A DNA stretch of 64,000 nt from a virus, in the IMG/VR virus record IMGVR_UViG_3300009157_000001, positions 32,001-96,000 of that record; one strand, given 5' to 3'. The notes beneath the pieces were generated by a model. It was not told the DNA's origin. It did no database searches and was given only the letters and a program-made list of their open reading frames with translations. The position numbers and the translations under genes were made by a program. Shown here piece after piece: positions 21,468-29,201 of this stretch (positions are counted from its first letter, which is position 1; each line of letters opens with the position of its first letter).

Positions 21468-21468
21468 G

Positions 21469-21996
21469 TTATCCTTTTGCTTCTTCCCCATCTTGCTGAG
21501 TTGTGGCTTTGTTAGAATTGAGCCTGATCACTAACTGACTTATCTCATTCCTAAACTTCTGGATATCTTTCTCCAGGTTTGCTATTTTCTTATTCTTGTT
21601 AGTGATTTCATTCTTTAGAGAAGTTACATACTGATCCTTTTTGAACTGGTCCATTTCCTCTTTGGAAAAATGGATCTTAAACTTCTCTCCAACAGCTTTC
21701 TCTAGTACTTTCTTTTCTTTCTCAAGCTCTTCTATCTTCCTTCTTAGTTCTACAAGTTCACCATGTTGAGTCTTTACTATAACTCTATCTGGAAGTTTTT
21801 GAGGCTCAGTATTTTGATCTGCTTCTTTCCACTCTACATATATCCTTACAATACCTTTTTCTTTATGTATCCAACTCATTGCATGCCTTACATCACTATC
21901 GAGGTGGCATCCTAAAATAGGGAAGAGTTGATATTTAGACACATTATTTTTGGTAAGATGCCAACTATAATCTATACCATTAGGAGTCTTCTCCAC
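21469..21996 (-). CDS. Coiled-coil hypothetical protein
   Basis: Heptad-rich C-terminal half. Confidence 0.6.
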   Translation of the reverse strand: MEKTPNGIDYSWHLTKNNVSKYQLFPILGCHLDSDVRHAMSWIHKEKGIVRIYVEWKEADQNTEPQKLPDRVIVKTQHGELVELRRKIEELEKEKKVLEKAVGEKFKIHFSKEEMDQFKKDQYVTSLKNEITNKNKKIANLEKDIQKFRNEISQLVIRLNSNKATTQQDGEEAKG

Positions 21997-22186
21997 GATC
22001 CAGTATTACACCAATAGCAGAAGCCCCTCTCGGACTAGATTTCTCGTCAAAGAGAACCCTATCATCCATCTTAATCTTATCTATGCACCCACTTACATGA
22101 GTGAATATATCAGGTCCACCATCATCAGGAGTGATGAACCCGTATTTTTTGTCCTGGTTAAAGAATTTAACTTTTCCCTTCCTCAT
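21980..22186 (-). CDS. Cold-shock domain protein
   Basis: KGKVKFFNQDKKYGFITPDDGGPDIFTHVS (RNP1/RNP2). Confidence 0.92.
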   Translation of the reverse strand: MRKGKVKFFNQDKKYGFITPDDGGPDIFTHVSGCIDKIKMDDRVLFDEKSSPRGASAIGVILDRGEDS

Positions 22187-22796
22187 CTTCTTCTGTTTTT
22201 TGTTGTTCTTTTCTGGTAAGCCAGACAGGAAAGACACTTTGGTCCATTCCCATTTCTCTGGTAAATTCTTCTACAAGTTTACACATATCACTTCTGTTAT
22301 ACAAATCCTTTCTTGTAGTTGCAGCAAGATGAAACCTCTTCTTAGGAATTAATAAAGCAACTGATTGTTTCTCACAGCATTCCTTACAGAGCTTCTGCTT
22401 GGGATATCCCTCAAAATCATTACTACAGAGTCTACACTGTAAGGCAGAGTGACCGGAATAAAAAGGGGTAGGACTTATCTTAGCCTCAACTATAACTCCC
22501 TTATCCAGTTCATCATTCCTAATAATGGGCATCCACTGATGATACTTTATTTTTACCTCAGGACCATCTGTTGGAAAAGGAACAAAGACCGGATAAGCTA
22601 ATCTATCCAGTTCCATAATCTCTTCCCCCTGTACAGTATCTTCTCTTAAGAAATACCAATTCCCAGACGTAGCCAGATGAGTTAGGGTACCTACTGAGAG
22701 ACTTTTCTTCTGCCAATCAAATCTTATAACCCGGAGACCCTCAATGATTTCCTCCTTCTTGTAATCTCTGCTTTCTATATGTCCACTTAGTATCAT
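22167..22796 (-). CDS. Hypothetical protein with zinc ribbon
   Basis: CRLC...CKECC. Confidence 0.6.
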   Translation of the reverse strand: MILSGHIESRDYKKEEIIEGLRVIRFDWQKKSLSVGTLTHLATSGNWYFLREDTVQGEEIMELDRLAYPVFVPFPTDGPEVKIKYHQWMPIIRNDELDKGVIVEAKISPTPFYSGHSALQCRLCSNDFEGYPKQKLCKECCEKQSVALLIPKKRFHLAATTRKDLYNRSDMCKLVEEFTREMGMDQSVFPVWLTRKEQQKTEEDEEGKS

Positions 22797-23368
22797 CAGG
22801 TTTTGATTCTTGGCATTATTATAGCAACTCTTTCTGATACTGAATACTCCTTAAAAGTAAGAAGTACACTATCTTTTGCTGACTTAAAAGTACATATAAG
22901 AGCACCTTCCTTATCATCAAACCCAAGGACTTCCTGACAAGCAAGAAGAGCTTTTGGATTAATACTTATGCTCTTATCCCAAATAATCTTAGTTCTTGTC
23001 TTGACCAATCTCTCTTTTATAAGTTTGTCAATAGAGTTTACAAACTTCTGGGAGGGAAGATCTGTCTCCTCTGGTTCATACTTCCAATCAACCCCCTTTT
23101 CTATTCCTATAATACATTTGGTATAAATAAAAGGAACATAAGCCCTCTTGTTTTTCTGATAAAGTTCCTGGTAAATATACCAAGGAACTGATGCAAAGTT
23201 CAGACAAACCGGAAGATCATCCATTTTCATTCTTACTGCCATAAAACCATTGGTTGCATAAGCATACTTATCTGTGAAATGAACCTTTGTCATGATAGGT
23301 CTGATATCATCTTTGCTACATACTTTGTGTAATGGTATATCAAAGATACTTTCTATTCTTTTTGCCAT
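22796..23368 (-). CDS. Sliding-clamp (beta-clamp)-like protein, shortened
   Basis: SKDDIRPIMTKVHF, YATNGF, INPKALL and AIIMP resemble DnaN motifs; only 190 aa. Confidence 0.6.
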   Translation of the reverse strand: MAKRIESIFDIPLHKVCSKDDIRPIMTKVHFTDKYAYATNGFMAVRMKMDDLPVCLNFASVPWYIYQELYQKNKRAYVPFIYTKCIIGIEKGVDWKYEPEETDLPSQKFVNSIDKLIKERLVKTRTKIIWDKSISINPKALLACQEVLGFDDKEGALICTFKSAKDSVLLTFKEYSVSERVAIIMPRIKT

Positions 23369-23949
23369 AGTTTATACTTGTTAATTAATCTGTGATTGTA
23401 ATTAGTGCTCATTCTGATATTATCACTGAATCCATCGTGTTGAATAGCAACCATAGGATAGCATAGATGACTAAGATAATTCCCGTGTCTTTTACTCCCT
23501 ATCCACTTATCCAGGTTAGTATTCTCATCAGCTCCTAGAAAAGTATCATAAAACCGGTGACTTACCATATAACAGTGAAGTCCACTGAATTCTCTGACTT
23601 GGGCCAGTTCTTCTGTGATTGGATATATCTTACCTTCATATACTCCCGATAAATAGATATTCCAGTCAACTGGTAGATCCTTTTTAAGGTTAAGGAATCT
23701 CTGGTAAGATCCTTCAGATGTAAATTTTATATCATCCTCCCAGATGTTTACTTCAGACCACCCTTCCTGTTTAGCCCATCTAACACAGTTTTTATGTGCC
23801 TGGGAGATGTTTACCACAGGTTTCTTAGAAGTATGTACTGAAGGCATCAGGGCATAATCACTTATACCCTGCTCCTTCAGTTCTTTCTCAAGGGTCTCCC
23901 AGCGATCTTTTCTAAGAGGATTGTGAATTATTAAGACCTTAGTTGACAA
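23353..23949 (-). CDS. Glycosyltransferase family 25-like
   Basis: RKDRW, AH, WEDD, GLHCY, QHDGFSD. Confidence 0.75.
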   Translation of the reverse strand: MSTKVLIIHNPLRKDRWETLEKELKEQGISDYALMPSVHTSKKPVVNISQAHKNCVRWAKQEGWSEVNIWEDDIKFTSEGSYQRFLNLKKDLPVDWNIYLSGVYEGKIYPITEELAQVREFSGLHCYMVSHRFYDTFLGADENTNLDKWIGSKRHGNYLSHLCYPMVAIQHDGFSDNIRMSTNYNHRLINKYKLWQKE

Positions 23950-24217
23950 GTTCTATTGAGGTTCCTTTAGGTAATGCATTGTAGTCCTCACCACTTACAT
24001 CAGATTCCCAGGTCTTACCTATATCCGGTGAGCTAGGATTTTTCTTATCGTGTAATACTGTTACATATGTTGCAGAAGCAGAACCATCCTCCTTCTTATC
24101 ATTGCTCTTGGTTACAAGTACAATTTGTCCGTACTTACTTACCATCAATCTGGGGAACTCCCCTGTGTTCTTCTCAATTGGTTTATAGGTTACTTGCATA
24201 ATTATTATTGGTTTTAG

Positions 24218-24303
24218 TTGTGATGACTGGCATCGAACCAGCAACCTCCAGTCAGAAATGGGTTCAGAACTGACTGGTGCTCTACCAATTGAGCTACACC
24301 ACA
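24218..24303 (-). tRNA. tRNA-like RNA with an expanded anticodon arm
   Basis: Acceptor TGTGGTG/CATCACA, D arm GCTC-AATTGGTA-GAGC, T arm GCTGG-TTCGATG-CCAGT; anticodon arm CCAGTCAG/CTGACTGG with a 14-nt loop, so no anticodon can be assigned. Confidence 0.8.
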
Positions 24304-24310
24304 AACTTCT

Positions 24311-24646
24311 TTATATTTCCTCAATCTCAGCAGTTAGGCCGTTCTCAAGGAGTGCTTCACAAATAGGTAGGAGCTTGTCATAAGTCCCTCTCTTAACATC
24401 ACACCGACCATTATTGTGGACGATAAGAGCACACTGGTGCCCTTGATGAACCGAGTGTTTACAGTACTTGACTAAACACTCAATGACATGATCAAAAGAA
24501 TTGAAATCATCATTAATTAAAACAATAGACTTCTGTCTATCTTTCTTTTCTTTAACAATGACTTCTTCTTCATCCTGCCACTGAGGATTGAACTTAACCA
24601 GGAGAGGATCATCTCCTCTTCCTGGTCTTGGTTTTTCTCTTTGCAT
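24311..24646 (-). CDS. clpS: ATP-dependent Clp protease adaptor ClpS
   Basis: IVLINDDFNSFDHVIECL...ALIVHNNGRC...GLTAEI. Confidence 0.9.
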   Translation of the reverse strand: MQREKPRPGRGDDPLLVKFNPQWQDEEEVIVKEKKDRQKSIVLINDDFNSFDHVIECLVKYCKHSVHQGHQCALIVHNNGRCDVKRGTYDKLLPICEALLENGLTAEIEEI

Positions 24647-24938
24647 TTTTCCTAGGTTTAGATTTAACCTTCTTTTTCTTGAGTTTTGGAAAGTAGGCCT
24701 TGGCAAATACTTTGTTGTAGTCAGCAAGCATTTTCCTGGGATCTACCTCTATGCAAGAACTAGTATTCTCCCTTACTTTAAGTATAGAAGCTTTACCACC
24801 ATCTGGAGAAGTTCTCATTATAACTCCTTCAAGATACACTCCTCCATAAGAATCATCCCCAACATGACTTACCTTTATAGGCCCTCTATAAGGAAGCCAG
24901 TATACCTTACCTATCTTAAACTCTTTTTTCTTAGCCAT
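24609..24938 (-). CDS. CarD/TRCF RNAP-interaction-domain-like protein
   Basis: FKIGKVYWLPYRGPIKVSHV resembles the CarD FKVGDKVVYP.HG motif; basic tail. Confidence 0.4.
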   Translation of the reverse strand: MAKKKEFKIGKVYWLPYRGPIKVSHVGDDSYGGVYLEGVIMRTSPDGGKASILKVRENTSSCIEVDPRKMLADYNKVFAKAYFPKLKKKKVKSKPRKNAKRKTKTRKRR

Positions 24939-24950
24939 AATTTTACAAAT

Positions 24951-25265
24951 TTAGTTAATTCTCCAGATACTTGTTCCTTTGTACTTTTTATTCATATCCT
25001 GAATTGCCCTACAAGCATAATCACAGGATTTCATGGTTTTGTACTTCTCCCGGAATTCTGACTTCAGTTTACTTACCAAGTAAGATACTGTTTGTTTATT
25101 AGGAATCTGTGTTCCAGGAACAAATACACTCTTAAATTTATCCACAGGAAGAGCCAGTAGACTTTCTTTGAGATAGTTCATTATCTCAGGACTCATAGAT
25201 CTGGGTCCTGTAAGAGATGTGTCCTCCAGTATCTGGAAGGGGTTTTCTTTGCTTAGTTTAGTCAT
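24951..25265 (-). CDS. Hypothetical protein
   Basis: Ends in GTSIWRI, similar to the IRVWRV end of 43300-43542. Confidence 0.6.
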   Translation of the reverse strand: MTKLSKENPFQILEDTSLTGPRSMSPEIMNYLKESLLALPVDKFKSVFVPGTQIPNKQTVSYLVSKLKSEFREKYKTMKSCDYACRAIQDMNKKYKGTSIWRIN

Positions 25266-25280
25266 AATTATTATTGGTTT

Positions 25281-26366
25281 TTAGTATTCAACATAAGTGA
25301 TTTTTGATTCATCAAAGTCCTCTAAGGCACTTGCCACCCACCGGGTGTCAACTGTGTCCCTATAACAGAGGATATGAACTGTTGCTGTATCTTTTGGGTT
25401 CAGAGAAAGCATTCTACCTATCCTCTGAGCAGTTTTGGTATTATTCCCATAAGAATGAAGAAGAATCCCTTCCTTTAATTCAGGGATTGTAATGCCCTCA
25501 TTCAACTGTAATACACAGGAAAGTCTGATTATTTCCCCACTCTTAAATTTCTGAAGGTTCTCCTCAGAAGTAGGATTCTTACTATGATAACTATAAGGAC
25601 ATAACCGGTCTGCTTGTTCCTGGGTATTAGCAAAGAGTATGCATTTATTCTCAGACTTAAAAAATATCTCTTTTGCAATTACCTCCTTACTAGGAAATCC
25701 CATAAGAGCTTTCATTCTCATAATAGACATAATCTGTTGTTCCTTGGCAGTAGAGGCATTGTCCAGTCTACCACTCCAATACTCATAAGATTTTAACTCT
25801 GAGGTATACCAGGATTTCCCCCGGACTTCTACTTTGAGTGTATTATCTGTAGCTAATGAAAGGTTGTGTATAATGATCCTGTAATCATTTAGGATCTTAT
25901 CTGCTACTGCTTCTTTGACTATGTATTTATAGACAATAGGACAGTACATATCTACCATCTTTCCTTTCTCCGATACAGGAACCCTTGGAGGAGTACCAGT
26001 CAATCCTACAATCTTCCCCTTAAAGTTAGACAACCACTCATCATGATTATACAATAAATTATGACACTCATCCAGATAAACTATATCATAATCCAAAGTC
26101 TGTTTGGTCAAGGAAAGATATGTGGTAAATGTGATATGATCCAATAAATGAACCAGATCAAACTTCTCAGCATCATCTTTCCAGCTCTGGAATATAGACA
26201 ACTTCGGGGCAACTACCAGAACCCTTAAAGTATCTGAGTAGTGGTTGTCCATATGTCTGAGCCCTACAAGAGTTTTACCAACCCGCATTGACACAGCTAT
26301 AGTGCCTCTCTCAACTTTAGACATTGCTTCTAATGCCTCATCTTGCACTATGTTTCTTGTTTTCAT
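25281..26366 (-). CDS. SF2 (DEAH-type) helicase
   Basis: RVGKT, LDECH, GLTGTP, QRIGR. Confidence 0.9.
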   Translation of the reverse strand: MKTRNIVQDEALEAMSKVERGTIAVSMRVGKTLVGLRHMDNHYSDTLRVLVVAPKLSIFQSWKDDAEKFDLVHLLDHITFTTYLSLTKQTLDYDIVYLDECHNLLYNHDEWLSNFKGKIVGLTGTPPRVPVSEKGKMVDMYCPIVYKYIVKEAVADKILNDYRIIIHNLSLATDNTLKVEVRGKSWYTSELKSYEYWSGRLDNASTAKEQQIMSIMRMKALMGFPSKEVIAKEIFFKSENKCILFANTQEQADRLCPYSYHSKNPTSEENLQKFKSGEIIRLSCVLQLNEGITIPELKEGILLHSYGNNTKTAQRIGRMLSLNPKDTATVHILCYRDTVDTRWVASALEDFDESKITYVEY

Positions 26367-26808
26367 AAGTTACCTTAATTATATACCTTTTCCTAAAAGG
26401 ATAGTTCCATCCTCGAGCTCTTTTAATACTAGTTGCAGAACATCTCAAGTATCTAGCAGCCATCTCCATACTAGGAAAATACATCTGATTCATACTTTCC
26501 TTATCAAAACAACTTACCAAATATCCATCAGTCTTGACTGGCTTTACATAAACTTTACAAGGACAACCTAATTTATAGATAAGGTGGTTATTGAATTTTG
26601 GTTGCTTTCTTCTACCTTTTCCAAGAATGATTTGGGAAATCATAGATTGAATACTTTTTCTAGGAAGATTATACATCCCAAGTAAATATCTAGAAGCATC
26701 ATTCTGAGATTCAGCCTTATACACCTCCTTACACTGAAGAGTATAGACAGTAACTGGAATTTTCTTGTCATCATGAGAAGGATATTTAAGAGTACCTTCT
26801 GCTTTCAT
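26338..26808 (-). CDS. NUMOD1-like HTH DNA-binding protein (possible homing-endonuclease remnant)
   Basis: Two repeats, ESQNDASRYL and FPSMEMAARYL; no nuclease motif seen. Confidence 0.55.
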   Translation of the reverse strand: MKAEGTLKYPSHDDKKIPVTVYTLQCKEVYKAESQNDASRYLLGMYNLPRKSIQSMISQIILGKGRRKQPKFNNHLIYKLGCPCKVYVKPVKTDGYLVSCFDKESMNQMYFPSMEMAARYLRCSATSIKRARGWNYPFRKRYIIKVTYENKKHSAR

Positions 26809-26934
26809 CCTGAATCTGATTCTTATCTTTTTTCATAGTACTTTGTATTAAGGTCCTTTCCAGTTTCCTTACTAAGGTCCTTCTCTGTTCAGTCATTTTC
26901 TGGCAAGAGCCAAAGCTTTATACTTATTTGTAGA

Positions 26935-27010
26935 CAAAGTAGTAGCTACCTGGATGGTTAGAATTGTCATGATTGTAATTCACATCATTCAGTACCTAGC
27001 TAGAGGTAGT
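26935..27010 (-). repeat. DGR template repeat TR-B
   Basis: Non-coding and AAT-rich; differs from VR-C only at adenines and from VR-B almost only at adenines. Confidence 0.95.
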
Positions 27011-27018
27011 ATAAAAGC

Positions 27019-27525
27019 TTAATCTAAGTAATCTATCCATACATCCATAAAAGTAGAAACAGCAAATTTACACTTTTCTTCAGTCTCAAAGTAGCAGCCA
27101 CCCGGACGGTTAGAAACGGCACGAGTGAAGGAAATCCCAACATTCAGCACCCAGCCAGAGGTAGTCTTCTTAAACCAAGGATAATACTTCTTCTGATCAC
27201 CATTATTGAAGTCAGCAATCCACTCACCATTTAGAATAGTGGATATATTGTTAATTCTATGTAATGCAAACTGTCTCTTTCTCTGATCCTCAGGTAAAAA
27301 AGAGAAGTGTTCTAAAGTAAGTTCTTCAAATCCACCTTCTTCACAAATATCCTGGTAGTCTTTTATCCTACTAACAAGATCAATCTTGCTCAGAAGAGAC
27401 TTTGCAGATCTCTTATTAAGACAATGACTAGTCCCACGAAGAATAGTAGCAGCAAGATACATAGACTGCGGATCTTTACTTGTAACCATTTCTTTTAAAG
27501 AATTATAGTTCTGATTTGTCTTCAT
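27019..27525 (-). CDS. DGR target protein B (YPWF family)
   Basis: LNGEWIADF...KKYYPWF followed by VR-B. Confidence 0.9.
   Translation of the reverse strand: MKTNQNYNSLKEMVTSKDPQSMYLAATILRGTSHCLNKRSAKSLLSKIDLVSRIKDYQDICEEGGFEELTLEHFSFLPEDQRKRQFALHRINNISTILNGEWIADFNNGDQKKYYPWFKKTTSGWVLNVGISFTRAVSNRPGGCYFETEEKCKFAVSTFMDVWIDYLD
27087..27165 (-). repeat. DGR variable repeat VR-B
   Basis: About 15 substitutions at TR-B adenines, plus one T>G and one extra codon. Confidence 0.9.
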
Positions 27526-28476
27526 ACTGAATACTTTTTTCTTAGATTCTTACTATCACAATACTTAAGCCATCCATTGTAGGAATTAAGAGATGCTCTG
27601 TTCTTTCTGTACTTTACCATCTTTATAAACCTCTTCTTTATTCCTTTTCTGAGAAGAATATGTGTATGATAAAACTTGTACCCCACAAAATCTATTCCTC
27701 TGGAACTAACCGGGAATACCTGATGATTGAAATTAACCAGAAGTTTTAGATTATTCCATAAATACTGCTTAATTTTTACCAAAAGATCATGTAACTCCTT
27801 CTTGTTTGATCCCAGGATAACTATATCATCACAATACCTAAAATAGTATTTTACCCCCCCCTGAACTACTCTTAATCCAATGGTCAAAGTAAGTAAGATA
27901 GAAATTGGCCAAGTATTGTGAAAGATAATTTCCGATTGGTATACCCGGAGCACTGTTAATTATCTCATCTAGAAGTAATAAGAGCCTGGGATCTTTGAAC
28001 TTTTTCCTAAGAAGAACTTTCAGAATATCATGATCTATAGAAGGATAGAACTTCTTTATATCAAGTTTTAGACAGTAAGTTGTTCCCTGGACATCCAAAA
28101 GAGATTTTCTTAAAGTTCTCCAAACCCCATGTATACCCCTACCTTCTATACAACTGTAGGTATCTGCTGTAAAAATGGACAGGAATATAGGCTTTAGAAT
28201 ATTCATTATTCCATGATGAACTATCCGATCAGGATAATAAGGAAGTCTATAAATCTCTCTTTTCTTAGGCTCGGAAATTGTATAAACCGTATAAAGAGAG
28301 GTCTTGTACTCTCTCTTATTCAGAACATGATAAAGATTTATGATATTGTCTTCCTTATTCTTGTCATGGAGAATCACTCCATACTGTCTGGACTTTCCCA
28401 GTCTAGCTTTGGAATCTGCTAACTTGAGATTAGCTATAGTACATATTTTTGAGTAAAGATTTCCAACTCTTTTCAT
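27522..28476 (-). CDS. DGR reverse transcriptase, split by a frameshift at a G8 run (27854-27861)
   Basis: ORF 27838-28476 has DRIVHH, KLDIKKFYPSIDH and GIPIGNYLSQ; ORF 27522-27953 has YFRYCDD and GIDFVGY; removing one G joins them into a protein of about 317 aa. Confidence 0.93.
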
Positions 28477-28581
28477 AGATTCACTTCACTTAAGATCTTC
28501 TTCCCAAAGATTTTGGTACCAAAGCTCTTGTTACTAATGTTTGTCTTTTACCTAGAGGTAAGATCATACTACACATAAAGA

Positions 28582-28650
28582 AGTGGAGACTGAAGCTCAT
28601 GTTAGCATTATCATCATTCCAATTAGTATAAGAATTCACTCGCTAACTAG
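28582..28650 (-). repeat. DGR template repeat TR-A
   Basis: 69 nt; 16 of 17 differences from VR-A are at TR adenines. Confidence 0.95.
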
Positions 28651-28670
28651 CTGAGAATTAATAATATGAC

Positions 28671-29201
28671 CTACTCAGGAAGCCACTCTATATATTGTGG
28701 AAGGAAGATGTTTCCTCCAAATAGAGCAAGCTCCTCAGATTTATAGTGAAGACCGAAGCCCACGTCAGCACTACCATCAGCCCAACCAGCACAAGAACTC
28801 ACCCGCCAACCAGAAGAGGTTTTCTCAAACCAGGGAAAGTACTTCTTCTGATTTTTGTCCAGGAAATTTGGTATCCATCCTTCATTAAGGGCTAGAATCC
28901 CATACTGAAGTTTGGCCTGTCCATTTTGTGATATCTGATACTTGTTCTTGGGGTTTAAAAAAGGCAAGATATCTGACTCTATAACCCCGGTCTCATCATA
29001 AGCATCGGATATTGATTTGATCCTTTCCATAATAGGAATCTTACCAAGAAGACTCCTTGCCATTCTCTCTTCTATATGAAGAGAATTACCTCTCAAAAAA
29101 CAAGCAGCTAAGTATCTTGACTGAACATCTTTAGACTCAATCAGTTCCTTTATTCCCTGAATTGTTTTTATTTCTGTGGTTTTCTTCATCTCGGTAAACA
29201 T
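28671..29201 (-). CDS. DGR target protein A (YPWF family)
   Basis: ALNEGWIPNF...KKYFPWF followed by VR-A. Confidence 0.9.
   Translation of the reverse strand: MFTEMKKTTEIKTIQGIKELIESKDVQSRYLAACFLRGNSLHIEERMARSLLGKIPIMERIKSISDAYDETGVIESDILPFLNPKNKYQISQNGQAKLQYGILALNEGWIPNFLDKNQKKYFPWFEKTSSGWRVSSCAGWADGSADVGFGLHYKSEELALFGGNIFLPQYIEWLPE
28745..28813 (-). repeat. DGR variable repeat VR-A
   Basis: Colinear with TR-A; encodes GWRVSSCAGWADGSADVGFGLH. Confidence 0.92.

Noticed and set aside
23939-24304. 121-aa ORF starting at 24304
   Set aside because: Its 5' part is the tRNA-like gene; the real CDS probably starts at MQVTYK (about 24199)
27522-28476. RT as a group II intron, retron or Abi RT
   Set aside because: It is short, has the DGR-type GIPIG...SQ motif, has no maturase or endonuclease domain, and has clear TR/VR pairs
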